A stretch of DNA of 64,000 bases, from the NCBI GenBank assembly GCA_043228905.1, contig JBHGNT010000006.1, positions 15,500,001 through 15,564,000 on the forward strand. Direction: 5' to 3'. The translations under genes were made by a program, and so were the position numbers. Under the pieces are notes generated by a model. That model had not been told where the DNA came from. It saw only the letters and a program-made list of their open reading frames with translations, and did not search any database. This DNA comes from Azolla caroliniana (lineage: Eukaryota > Plantae > Polypodiophyta). Shown here piece by piece: positions 32,816-46,400 of the stretch (position 1 is the stretch's first letter; every line of letters starts with the position of its first letter).

Positions 32816-35800
32816 CGGTAGGTGGACTCGATAGGGTTTAGCAACAGTGGTAGCAACTAACCCATAGTACTCAACTAGAGATGGCCTACGTGATGTGGCA
32901 AAGGATCATGCATAATGGACCTAGGAATTCGATATATAATTTATGGTACACATTTATGGTGCACACATCAATTTATGTTGCACATTTATGGCACTCATTT
33001 ACATATGTAATTAAAACACTCTAGTATTTTCAATGGTAGTTTTTTGCATACTTAATTTATTAATGATGGCTTTTTACTAAAATGACTATTTATCATTGGT
33101 AGCTTTTTGCATAGCTAATTAGCTATGTCAAGGACATAGCTAATTGTTTCCACTCGCATGCTTTCACCCTCATATATCGACTGACCACTCAAATTGCGTA
33201 TCCTATGTCCGGCCTGGTACAGATCGTCGCGTACATTAGGCTTCCAACTACAGAGGCTAAGGGACCTTTGAATCTCGCCCTTCTTGGTTTTTGATTTTGG
33301 ACATTGTTCTTTGCTTATCTTTCAGTTCGCCAGCAGTGTCGAGCCAACCGATTTCGCGCTTTGTTGGATCCCGAGGATTTGCTTTGCTAGACCCATATCC
33401 TTCATCAAGAACGATCTGCTCAAGGCCTTCTTCAGCACTCGGATCTTCGTATGGTCCTGTCAGACAATCAACATGTCGTCCACGTACAACAAGAGGATGA
33501 GGAAATATCCTCCGTCGAATTTCTTCACAAACACGCAGTGATCAACCGGCATTTTTTGGTACCCGTTGTCGATCATGAAGGATTCAAATTTTCGGTACCA
33601 TTTCCGAGGAGCTTGCTTCAAACAAGCTCTTCCTCAATCGGCATACCAGGTTCTCTTTGCCTTTCTCCATGAATCCTTCTGGCTGAGTCTTGACGTCTAG
33701 TTGTTCGAGTTCGAGATCCATGCTGGTCGCGATTCTCAACACTATTCGGATTGACGTCATCTTCACGACCAAGGAAAATATTTCGTCAAAATCAACACCC
33801 TTCTTCTGGTGAAAGACTTTCACGACGATTCGTACTTTGTACCTGGGTTGATTCCCGCCATCTCCCGGTTGCAACCTATATACCCATTTATTCCGAAGTG
33901 CCTTCTTTCCTCTCGACAGTTCGGTCAGTTCATATGTGTGGTTATCATGTAAGGAATCCATCTCCTCTTGTATGGCACTCAACCACTTTCGGTTGTGGGT
34001 ATCTTCCTTAGCTTCTTCAAAGCTTTCCGGCTCCCCCTCATTGGTTAGCAACACATGCTCTTCATCCGGAAATCTCCGGGGGGGCCTTCTCTCTCTCAGG
34101 AGATATCTTAGGCCTCCGTTCGGCATGGTCGGTTCTTCTTCGACTTCTTTGTTCAAGTCAAATTCGGTTCCTTGTTTAGTCGGTTCCCCTCATTCTTCAG
34201 TCGGTATTCTATTTTGCCAACTGTTAAATTTGCCGATTGGCTCGAATTCGATTTCCTCTCGATTCGGTGGACCATCGATTCGGTAATTGGAGATTTATTC
34301 TCAATCTCCCAATCAACTATCATCTTCTCTTCCATGAAGACGATGTCTCGACTGCTGATCACCTGGCTAAGTCCCATAGCTGATGCCCAAATTCATCATT
34401 AATGTAGTGGAGAAATATGCATGTTCGAGATTTCGGGTCCAATTTCCCCCTTTGGTCCTTTGCCACATGCACATAGGCAAGATAGTCGAACACCCTCAGA
34501 TGTCGGTACAAGATGTCTTTGCCGCTCCACACCCTTCGTGGAATATCACCGTCCAAGGGTACTGAGGGTGATCGATTTATCACATACACCGTCGTCATCA
34601 GTGCCTTAGCCCAGAACATCTTCAGTAACTTTGCATCTGCAAGCATACTTCGGACCCTCTCCATTACAGTCCGCTTCATTCTCTTAGCCAACCCGTTAAG
34701 CTCTACCGTCTTCGGCACGGTATACTCGAGCCGGATTCCCTACACTAGATAATATTCTTTGAACGGTCCACGATACTCTCTACCATTATCCGCTCGGACT
34801 GCCTTCAATTTTCAGTTGGTTTCTCTCTCGTCCCTCGTTTGGAACTCTTTGAAGATAGATAACACTTGATCCTTTGTCTTTAGCAGGGAAGCCCACAACT
34901 TCCGGCTACAGTCATCAATGAAGATCATGAAGTACTGTGAACCACCATGCGACTTCGTATCCACGTGGCATACGTCCGTATGCACGAGTTCCAACGACAT
35001 TTTCTTCCTCATCGAGGGCCATGCTCAGAAGGATGTTCGGTTCTACTTGCCGACCAAGCAATTCGTGCACTTCTCAAGCTGCACATTCTTCACCTCCGTA
35101 ATGAGGTTGACATCCCCTTCTGGCTCCTATAGCATAGCCTCTTATGCCACAACTCACCCGCTGTGTTGGTTGCCACGTTCACTTCCCCTCGGCATAATCG
35201 AGCATTCATTATGTACAGTGTGGTGGTTTTCCAGGCTCGAGCCACGATCATGATCCCCTTGCAGAACTTCATGACGTCGTTCCGGATGTTACCTATGTAA
35301 CCTTCATCATCCAGCCGACCGGCTGACATCAAGTTCAATCGAACTTCCGGAACGTGCCGAACGTCTCTCAACACTAGTTTGCACCCGGTCGATGTCATCA
35401 GACACACATCTCCAATGCCGACGATTCAGCATGCTCGTTCATTTCCTATCTCTACATATTTGAGATCTCTAGCTCTGTAGGATGAGAAGCACTTTCAGTC
35501 AGGTGTTCGGTGAAATGACGCATCCGAATCGACCACCCATGTCGATTCTTCGCCTGTGAGATTCACTTCGTTTTGCTCACTAATGAGCAACAAATCCTCC
35601 TCACTCGTGGCGATTGCTGAGGTGTTCTTTCGGTTCGGTATTTTCTTCAGTTCTACACCAACAACTCCCCCTTTCTCCTTTTGAAAGTGTCGACAATTCT
35701 TTTGGAAGTGCCCCGGCTTCCCACAATAGAAGCATGTGCGCCTTCCCCTCGGCTTTGACTTGGTCCCCGACTTATCTCCGTTCTGGGGACTTCGATTTCA

Positions 35801-37480
35801 GCTTCTTCCCCGAATTGTGTCACCTTCCGTGATTAAGGCCTTCTAGTTGGTATTGGACTCTCGGTCCTTCCGGTAAGCTTCTTCATTCAGCAAGCTCAAC
35901 TTCACCTGCTCTAGGGATAGATGCTTCCCTTCCGGCCCGGCGTTGCCCAATGTGACAATGAGCGTTTCCCAGTTGTCCGGAAGGGATCCCAACAACAATA
36001 ATGCTAATACCTCGTCGACAAGAGGTACTTCTAGAGAGATAGTTTGATTCATTAGTCCTTGGAAGGCATTGATGTGCTCTAACATACTAGAGCCATCATG
36101 ATGCCGGAGTCTCACGATTTTTCGAAATAATGAGACTCAGTTCACTACGTTCTTGTTATCAAACATGACGCCGATCTTCTTCTATAGGACGTCTGCTTCT
36201 GTTTGCTCGCCGAAGTTGTTGTATAGACTCATGTCTATAAAACACCTTATATATGCGGCCGCGTTTAGATGCAACACTTCCCAAGTCGTTGCATCGATCT
36301 TGTCTGGTCTCTTATCTCCGATTTGCACCGGCAATCAGAGTCTTTGTACACGAGCATGTCTCCCATCTTTGACTTCCACACTGAGGTGTTGGAGCTGGTT
36401 AACTTGAACATGCCGCCAAATGAGTCTTCCATCGCTCTGATACTAGTTTGTTGTAATTTGACCGGCCACAACCGGTTTCACGTATGCGTTCGGGTGGTGC
36501 ACAGAATACACAATAGACAGTATACAGACAGAATACGAAAATACAGAAAGTGAGATACAAAGACACAAGATTTAACGTGGAACCCAAATCGGGAAAACCA
36601 TGTGGAGTACACAAACTCCAAACAAATCACTATATGTGGAGAGGAAGTACAACAAGAAACTCAGAGGCGACGACCTCGAGATTTTCTTCGTCAACAAACG
36701 ACTGTAGAGTTACTCTCTAACTCACACAAACTCTCTCAGTCTGTCTTGCTATATCACCGAGACAACTACCTCGTTCACCCTTCAACACAATGATGATATC
36801 TCTTATTATTTTTCACTAAGGTTTGCCCTAGTTATATATATACTGTTAGGAAACAGGTCCCTCCGGATGGTGAAGACCCGGTGAGAACCGGATTAAGAGT
36901 ACCCGGCTATGGAGAGACGGATGGTGCAGACCCGGTGAGAACCGGATGAAGAGTACCGAGCTACGGAGAGCCGGATGGTGCAGACCCGGTGAGAACCGGA
37001 TGAAGAGACATATTCGTAAATATGTTTCTGAGAGTCCATCGTGGCTATATTTGTAAATAGCCGAAAAGTCATATTAATATAAATATGACTTAGGGCAAAC
37101 TTTAGTGAGTGGTTGTCATTCTTGTTGGCGCAAGATTAGAGCGCGCAACTGTGTACAGAGAGAGTGAGAGAGAGAGGAAGAGGTCGTTGCCTCTAATTGT
37201 AACCGCCGCCTGTGGCGAAGAGTGAAAGCTCGAGGTTGTTGCCTCGGTGCTTTACTGTTGTACACTGTAACATAGTGATAGTTTGCAAACTCTGGGCTGC
37301 CGTGGTTTTTTCCCGAGTTTGGGTTTTCCACGTAAACATCCTGTGTACTCTTCTCTCTATCGTGTTGTGTTTCATTCCCTGTTTTCTGTGTATTATTCTA
37401 GGCTCGGTTGTGGCCGAGCGTTGTGCAAAGGGAGTGTGTAGTTCCTGTCAAATTGGTATCAGAGCGAAACGACACAGAAA

Positions 37481-40400
37481 ATGGACGATTCGTTGGGAGG
37501 CATGTTCAAGCTAACCGGCTCGAACTATTTGGTGTGGAAGTCGAAGATGAGGGACATGCTCGTGGTTAAAGATCCTTGGTTGTCGGTTCAGTTTGGGGAC
37601 AAGAAACCGGACAAAATTGATGCCACGATATGGGAGGTGATGCACATGAAGACAACGGCGTACATACGGTGCTTCATCGACATGAGCCTATACAACAACT
37701 TCAATGAAGAGAGCAAGGCTCATGAGCTATGGGAGAAGCTCGACGTGTTACCCCGTACGAGATGTACGGAGAGTCAAGTGTGATGAGCGAGGGTCGAATG
37801 TTATCATGATGTTGTGTATGTGTAGGGGGTATAAATGTAGTTGTGAGTCTATACGTATATGAGCACATACACACGTGTGTGCATGTGGATGGATACAAGG
37901 AGGTGTGAGTGAGTGTCTAGTATGAATGCTCAATGGGGCTTACACCCCTATGTATCTACCCCCTCTTGTACTATTTAACCCCTTATGGGGAATGAATGAA
38001 ACATGAATGATTATTTTCTCTCTCAATCTCTCTCTCTCTTGTCATCTCTCTTCTTCTCTCTTCCCTTAACGTTGAACCCCCTTGGGAGGGGGTTGGAGCC
38101 ATTCTAGGCACCACCCCCCACCCCGCAATGCTTCTCAATGATTCTCAACCTCTTCATGATCTCTCTCACCATCATAGTCTCCATCATCATCACACCCACC
38201 ATGTCTATCTTTATCATCATTATCATCATGCTATCATAATCCTTTACCCTAACCCTAAAACCTATAACACGGCGCATCGTTCCACCTTACCCCGGACCGG
38301 AAATACTTCTCATCCTACTCAGCCGGTGATCACGGCTGTGTCCGGATGGGGAATGAAGGTACATGCCGAATTGTCGGCATAGGAGACATGTGGTTGACAA
38401 CACCAACCGGATGCAAGATGATGTTGAAGGATGTCCGACACGTTTCGGAGGTTCGTCTGAACCTGATATCAGCCGGTCGACTAGATGATGAAGGCTACAC
38501 GGGTAGCATCTGGAACGGTGTTATGAAGTTCAGCGAAGGGAGCCGGAAGGTAAACACGTTGTACCTGATGAATGCCTGGTTATGTCCGGAGGAAGTGAAC
38601 GTGGCATCCGACACTGCCGCTGAGTTGTGGCACAAAAGGTTGTGTCACATGAGCGAGAAGGGGATGAAGAGGCTTGTAGACGACAACCTCATTCCAGTGA
38701 AGAACGTGCACTTGGAGAAGTGCAGTGATTGTCTAGCCGGTAAGCAAAACCGGACCTCCTTCCGACCAAGGCCACCGATGAGACCTAATGCACCACTGGA
38801 GTTGGTGCATACTGATGTGTGTCAACTGGACACGAAGTCACATGCAGGATCGCAGTACCTCATGACGTTCATAGATGACCACAACCGGAAGTTGTGGGTC
38901 ACACCGTTGAAGACGAAGGATCAGGTGCTATCCGTCTTCAAAGAGCTCCACGCGAGAGTGGAAAGAGAAACCGGCCGGAAGCTGAAGGCGGTTTGAGTAG
39001 ATAACGGAGGTGAATACCGGGGGCAAATCGTGGAGTACTGTCGCTCGAAGGGAATCCAGCTCGAATTTACCATGCCGAAGATGCCGGAACTAAACGGGCT
39101 GGCCGAGAGGATGAACCAGACCATAATGGAGAGGGTTTGGAGTATGTTGGCGCATGCAAAACTACCCAAGAAGTTTTGGGCTGAGGCACTGTCGACGGCG
39201 ACATATGTGATAAACAGATCACCCTCAGTACCCTTGGACGGAGACACGCCACAAAGAGTCTGGACCGGTAAGGAAGTGTCCTACCAGCACCTGAAGGTGT
39301 TCGGGTGTCTCGCGTACGTGCATGTAGCTAAGGACCAGAGAGGAAAGTTAGATCCAAAGACCCAGCCATGCATATTCCTCGGTTACGACAACGATGAGTT
39401 CGGCTACCGAATGTGGGACCTGGTCGACAAGAAGGTATTCTGGAGTCGAGATATTATCTTTATGGAGGACAAGACGCTCGCCGATTGGGAGTCGGAGAAG
39501 AAGATAATGAACTCCGAGTCGACCGGTAAGGATTGATTCTACGATGAGCAGTCCCAACCGGCAAGAGACCGGTTAGCACTCGAGGAACCGGCCGGTTACG
39601 GTGAGGATACCGAACCGGCAGAAGAAGAAGTAGAGGAAGCTGAAACCAGAACCGGCCAAGATCCCGAATCGGATTCGGATGAAGAGAAAATGGAGGAGCC
39701 AGTTACCGAAGCCCAAAGACGGAGATATCCTCTCAGAGAGAGAAGGCCCCCCCGGAGATTTCCGGATGCAGAGCATGTGCTGCTAACCGATGAGGGGGAG
39801 CCAGAAAGCTTCGTAGAGGCGAAGGATGACACCCACAACCGCAAATGGTTAAGTGCCATGCAGGATGAGATGGATTCCCTGCATGAGAACCATACGTATG
39901 AATTGGTGGAGTTGCCGAAAGGAAAGCGGGCACTCCGAAATAAGTGGGTGTACAAGTTGAAACTGGGAGATGCCGGCAACCCTCCGAGATAAAAAGCCAA
40001 GATCGTGGTGAAGGGGTTCCAACAGAACAAGGGCATGGACTTCGACGAGATATTTGCCCCGGTAGTAAAGATGACCTCCATCCGAACGGTGCTGAGTATA
40101 GCGGCAAGCATGGACCTCGAGGTAGAGCAGCTGGACATGAAGACAACATTCCTTCACGGCGACCTCAAAGAGGAGATCTACATGCAGCAACCGAAAGGAT
40201 TCGTGGAGAAAGGGAAGGAGCACCTGGTATGCCGGTTGAAGAAGAGCCTGTATGGACTGAAGCAGGCTCCCCGACAATGGTACCGGAAGTTCGACTCCTT
40301 CATGACCGATCAAGGGTACCACAAGACGCATGCCGATCCTTGCGTGTTTGTGAAGAAGTTCGAAGGAGGCGACTTCCTGATACTCCTTCTGTACGTGGAC

Positions 40401-41369
40401 GACATGTTGATCATCGGACGGGACCAAGCCAAAATACGGATGCTGAAGAAGGCTCTCAACCGGACCTTCTCAATGAAAGACTTGGGTCCAGCAAGACAGA
40501 TGCTGGGGATACATATTATCAGGAACCGGTCAGTGAAACAATTGTGGCTGTCACAGGAGAAGTACGTGACAAAGGTGCTTCACCGGTTCAACATGTCAGA
40601 TGCGAAACCGGTCGGATCGACACTCCCGGCAAATTGTAGATTATCCGGTAAGCAAAGCCCGAAGACGAAAGTAGAGAAGGCTGATATGATGAAGGTTCCA
40701 TATGCCTCTACCGTCGGGAGCTTGATGTACGCAATGGTGTGTACCCGACCGGATATAGGTTACGCAGTCGAAGTGGTGAGCCGGTTTATGAGCAATCCCG
40801 ACAAGGAGCACTGGAACGCGGTCAAATGGATACTCCGGTACTTGAAGGGCACTTCGAATATGTCTCTCGGATTCGGCTCCGGAAAACCTCAACTTGACAG
40901 TTTTACTGATTCAGACGTGTCGACTGATGTGGATACCTGCCGGTCTACATCCGGGTATGTATTGACATATGCAGGGGGAGCTGTTTCGTGGCAGTCGAAG
41001 CTGCAGAAGACGGTTGCGTTGTCAACCACGGAGGCGGAGTACATGGCGGCTGTGGAAGCCGGCAAGGGAATATTATGGCTGAAGGACTTCATCGGAGAGC
41101 TCGGTATCCAGCAAGATGAATACCGGCTCTATTACGACAGTCAAAGTGCCATCCACCTTGCTAAGAATGTGGCCTACCATTCCCGGACGAAGCATATCCA
41201 GCGTAGGTATCACTGGATCTGGGAAATAGTAGATGACCAGGAGTTCTCGCTGACGAAGGTCCACACGACCGAGAATGGGTCAGATATGCTGACCAAAGTA
41301 CTGATACCCGACAAGCTGGATGCATGCCGGAAGCAGATCGGACTAGTAAGACATCCCATGCCGGAGTGA
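37481..41369 (+). pseudogene. Copia gag-pol with gag partly deleted and stops in IN and RT
   Basis: GASFH protease, LWHKRLCH...C..C, VHTDVC, NGLAERMN, YVDD RT, and RNase H ending DMLTK. Confidence 0.9.
37746..38269. repeat. Solo-LTR-like insertion (TGTTA...TAACA) at a deletion of the host gag
   Basis: Homologous to 55770-~56272. Flanks are CGACG and CGGCG, and the host jumps from gag to protease. Confidence 0.7.
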
Positions 41370-43412
41370 AGGGGGAGTTTGTTAGGAAATAGGTCCCTCC
41401 AGATGGTGAAGACCCGGTGAGAGCCGGATGAAGACTATACCCGGCTACGGAGAGTCGGATGGTGCAAACCCGGTGAGAACCAGATGAAGAGTACCCGGCT
41501 ACGGAGAGCCGGATGGTGCAAACCTGGTGACAACCGGATGAAGAGTACCCGGCTACGGAGAGCCGGATGGTGCAGACCCGGTGAGAACCAGATGACGAGT
41601 ACCCAGAAACAGAAGACCCGGTGAGAACCGGATGAAGAGACATATTCGTAAATATGTTTCTGAGAGTCCATCGTGGCTATATTTGTAAATAGCCGAAAAG
41701 TCATATTAGTATAAATATGACTTAGGGCAAACTTTAGTGAGTGGTTGTCATTCTTTTTGGTGCAAGATTAGAGCGCGCAACTATGTATAGAGAGAGTGAG
41801 AGAGAGAGGAAGAGGTCGTTGCCTCTGATTGTAACCGCCGCCTGTGGCAAAGAGTGAAAGCTTGAGGTTGTTGCCTTGGTGCTTTATTGTTGTACACTGT
41901 AACATAGTGATAGTTTGCAGCCTCTGGGCTGCCGTGGTTTTTTCCCGAGTTTGGGTTTTCCACGTAAACATCCTGTGTACTCTTCTCTCTATCGTGCTGT
42001 GTTTCATTCCCTGTTTTGTGTATTATTCTAGGCTCGGTTGTGGCCGAGCGTTGTGCAAAGGGAGCGTGTAGTTCCTGTCATATACTTATACAACTTTATG
42101 GCTATTTACATACATAGCCCTCATGGGGCACATTTCGACTATTTACAAATATAGTCTCCTGAGTTGGATGTATCCACATTTTTGGTTTCGGCCTCGGCCG
42201 AGCTACTCATCAACTCGGCTCTTCTCTTCCATGTGGAGGGACCTGTTCCCAACATATTATTATAGGAGTTAATCAGTCGACAAATCGACTAGTCGATTCA
42301 ACTAGCCGACTTCTGTGTCGACTGTCCAGTTGGCCCGACTAGTCGGTCGTGTCTTTAACTTGGATCACTGCTATACTAGTGACTCTCCATGTCAACTCCT
42401 CCTTGTCATCGACTGTCGGCTCTTTGTCCAACCAATTGGCTACTTATTGTTGTTCGCCGGATAGATTAGAAACGTTAAGAAAAGAAATGTAATGGTTCAC
42501 ACGTGAAGCGTGAACGGCTGAACTCCCTGTGTATATAAAGGGTAGAAATCCTCTGTAAAAGGTAGCATAAATTTTTTAAGAGTGAGGTTATCTTTTTCTA
42601 ATAGAATCTTCTTATCTTCTCTGATTTTCTGTGTCTGTGCAACCCGTTGTCGCGTTGTTACGCACGTGCGCGAAGAACAAGGCGGGACCACTGGGGTCTT
42701 GGACCGAGGAATAGGTGAGGAAGAAAAAAAAGAGAGAGAGAGAGACGCTCACTCACGTATAGACAAAGAAGCACACGAGGACGCGCCACAACAACGCAGC
42801 AGACGCGAGTTGAGAACACTAGAGTGTGTATGTAAATATAGGCATGTATTTGTAAGTATGCAGACGAATCGAACGGTTACAGCCAACCAGGTCGGCGAGG
42901 TGGATGCCGACGCCTGATCACCCACGCACACAGGAGAGCAAGATGGAGATTCTCCCGGAAGCACACGGGCGTTCCACGGAGCAGAATCAGCCTCCTGAGA
43001 GCCTGCGCAAAAGAAAGCTATGGAGAATGACAGAGAAGAAGAGCTCGGTCCCAGTCCGACAACACTTCATTCCCTCTAGCGCGCGATCCCTTTCTCTCCC
43101 CCGTCTCCCTCTCTTTTATAGCTCAAGGAGGGAGGCCGTTTCACCCATTTACATCACATTAACTCTTTGTCCTTTCGGATAGAGATACTCCTCGATTTAC
43201 CTTATAGAATATTGCTACCTAGGATTTAACCTTTGTGCCTACCTATCTACTATACGACAAGGGACGTGCCCACGTGTAAGGGCCGGTTCACACACACTAT
43301 ACACAGTTTGCGCCTGGGGACGGTTTTCTTCACGACATCCGCCCCCACCTAACCGCTCATCCCCCGGTATGCGCCATAATTGGGTTTTTACGGGAGGAAA
43401 CCGATCCTTGCG

Positions 43413-46400
43413 TTATTCCTTGTTTACCGGTTCATCCTCCGCCTCGGGCTGCTCATCGTTGCTGTCCATGCTTCTTAGCCCCATCTCCCCGTCGTGCCGT
43501 TTCTTAAACGCTTTGATCCTCTTCCCCGCTACCCGTATCGCCATTCTCGTACCGTCGAGCTCTGCGAGATGGTACATCCCATTGCCGTTGGCCCGAACCA
43601 CCTCCTCGCAAACTTCCGCGTGGCCCTGTGCTGATTGTCGAGGCTGTTGTCGTAGACTAGCACCTAGTCGCCTTCCTCGATCTTCCTTGGCCTGGACCGG
43701 TGTGTTCGGTCGAACCGGGCTTTGTTCCTTATCCTCGCTACTCGAAGTTTCTCCGCGGCTCACTCTACGTCCTCCAGCCTCTGCTCGAGCTGTCGAATCT
43801 GCGCCGCCAGCAGTTCCTCCCGGCTCATCTCATCCCTCCAGTCCACCGTGGCCCACGAGGAGATCGTTCTCTCTTTTGGCATGATCAGCTTCTGTCCGAA
43901 CATCAGCTCGGTCGGCATGAACCCGGTTACCGAACTATGCGTAGTCCGGTCCGCCCACAAGGCATAAGGTAGCAGCCGTGGCCAGTCCCCGACTCGGCCT
44001 CTGCATGCCCGTACTAGCGCTTTGACAATTGGCCCGTGTCCGCGCTCCAACCTCCCGTTCGCCTCCGGATTGTATGCTGTGGTGAGCGAAAGTTTGACTC
44101 CTAGCCGGTCGAACAGCTCTTCGGCCTCTTCTGCGTCCAACTCACCACGGTCAGCCACGATCTTCCCTACACACCCGTATCGGCATACTATGTCCTCAAT
44201 CAAAAACCGGCACACGGCTACCGTCGTCTTGTTCTGTAGGGCTCGGCCTTCAACCTGGTTCGTTAGATCTTCCCGAGCCAGCACCAGATACCGCATCTGT
44301 CCTACCCCCATTGGCATCGTCACCAAATCCACCATCCACTTGAAGTGGACGGTCGGAGGGTAGGTCGGGTGAAGCTCGTCCCGATGTCGGATCATGGAGT
44401 GCACCTGACAGTTTTCGCAAGTCATCACGAACCGATGCACGTCCCGGTATAGTCCCGGCCACCAGTACTTCCCCTTTAGCTTTTCGAACGTGGCCCACGT
44501 TCCACGGTGTCCAGCCCACGGGCTATCGTGGTACGCCGCCAACAAATCCGCCTGTTCCTCCTTCTTCTTTGGGTGCTTCCATATGTATCCGTCCCGGAGA
44601 AAGAATCGGTAGGCTTTCTTCTGAATCCGGTTGGCCTCGTCCGTTGTCCATGCCGCGTCCGGTGTCATTGTTTTCAGGAACCCGCCGATCTGCAGCTACT
44701 CCCCGTCGTACTTGCCCTCGTCGAAATCGTTAAGCGTTGGAGAGCATTCCCTGTCGGTTGTTACGTGAGCCGCCTCGAAGAAGTCCACGCCGACTTCCTC
44801 GTCCTCTGAAACCATGCCGCCCTCGTTTTCGAACCTCGCCCTTGAAAGCATGTCGGCCATGGCGTTGTCTTTCCCGGAAATGTGTCGTATTTCCAGATTC
44901 AGGGACTTGATGTACGCTATCCACCTGAGCATTGCCAGGTCCGGCGTCACGCATCCGGAAATCATGCTAAGGATCGGTAGGCAGTCCGTCTCGATAATTA
45001 CCTCTGTCCCGATCAGGTAGTCTTTATCGGCTTTTACCGCCGAAACGATACCCTAGAGCTCGCGTTTAACCTGGGCATATCCTCGCTGTCGCTCAAAGAG
45101 GATCTTCGCGCCGAACCGGATCGGGGAACGCATGCCGTCCTCGTCCTCTTGGTTGACGACCCATCCGATCCCGGTCGGACTCGTGTCTACCGTTACGTAA
45201 ATTGGAGTGCTCTTTCCGTAGACAACCTTTCGGAGCGCCGGAGCCGCAGCAAGGGCTTCCTTCATCTTCCGGACAGACTCCGTATGCTCGCCTCTCCACT
45301 CGAATTTTCACACCCTTTTCAGCAACCCGTATAACGGCTCCGCGACGTGAGCGTAATGCGGGATCCATATGTGGTAGAACACGCACGCTCCCAAGAACCT
45401 CCGAACCTCCATGACCGAGCTACAGTCGTTCTTCATCGCAGAGATGGCTTCTACCTTAGCCGGAGACGGTTTCCGGCCGTACGGCCCGCATAGATGTCCG
45501 ACGACCATGATCTCTGATTGCCCAAAGGCCGACTTTCCCTCGGAGAAGGTGAGCCTCGTGCTCTCCAACCTCTGCAACACCTTCTCGCAGTCATTGATGT
45601 GTGTCGCCACAAATTTCCGGCATCCGTCCGATCCGATCGTCTCGTCCCTTTCCTCCACCTCGCATCCCTTGATCAGGACGTCGTCCAAAAACGGCATGGT
45701 GATGTCCGGGATACAATCCCTCAACACTTTGTTCATTGCGTTCACCATGTGAGCCACCGAGTTCGTCCCTCCTTGCGGTAGGGTACACATTCATACTAGG
45801 CCGAGAGGAGTTCGCATTGTCGTGATATCCTTGCTCTCTACGGCAAGCTGGAACTGATCGTACCCCGAGTAGAGATCACCGACCGAGTAAATCTACCTTC
45901 TGGCGAAGGCCTCCGCGAACTCGTCTATTGTCGGTCCGATTCCTGCGTTTCGAATGGTCACCTTGTTGACCGGCTGCAGGTCTTGAATAAAGCGCAACGT
46001 GCCGTCCTTCTTCAGCACGGTAAACCACCGATTCGAGTATGGGGCACTCGACGGTTCGAGGATTCCCATCTCGACCTTTTGCTTTAACAGCTCCATCAGC
46101 TTCGGGATGTGAGCTCTGGGTACTGGAATTGGTTTGAGAGTCCACGGCACATGCGGTACCGTGAATATCACCATCGGTTCCACGATTGTCGGGTCTACGC
46201 ACCCGATCTCCTCCGGTGAGAATGCGAAAGCCTTCCCGTGCCTTCTGAGCATTCCCCGAAAACGGTCCTCTTCCGCCAGCAGTAGGAAGCCGCCCCCACC
46301 GATTTTGAGCTCGCGCAGCGTTATGTCGATGAACGTGTGTCCTATGCGGGCCGGATTTCGTAAACTCGGGTCCAACGCAACCCCCTTTATTCGCAACTCG

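Larger units (their letters stand above)
22243..33169. mobile_element. Sola2-like cut-and-paste DNA transposon (10,927 bp) with an internally deleted transposase and accessory genes
   Basis: 25-bp TIRs GGGTAAAAGCATGCGAGTGGAAACA (22243-22267) and TGTTTCCACTCGCATGCTTTCACCC (33145-33169), one mismatch. 4-bp TSD TCAT. Removing the element restores the Copia RT motif VVSRYMSNP. GRG termini with a 4-bp TSD fit Sola2. Confidence 0.85.
36844..42080 (+). mobile_element. Tnt1/Tork-like Copia inserted in the LTR of a related Copia. LTRs 36844-37450 and 41380-42080
   Basis: TSD TATAC (36839-36843 and 42081-42085). PBS TGGTATCAGAGC at 37454-37465. PPT GAAGGGGGAG. Confidence 0.93.
21148..42254 (-). mobile_element. 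Decayed Tnt1/Tork-like Copia with nested insertions. 3' LTR 21148-21711; 5' LTR 36449-36843 plus 42086-42254
   Basis: The LTRs match each other. PPT at ~21713-21728 and decayed PBS at 36434-36445. Near-TSD TATGA/TATTA. Gag-PR-IN-RT fragments at 33174-36432 and RT/RH at 21722-22242. Confidence 0.85.
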
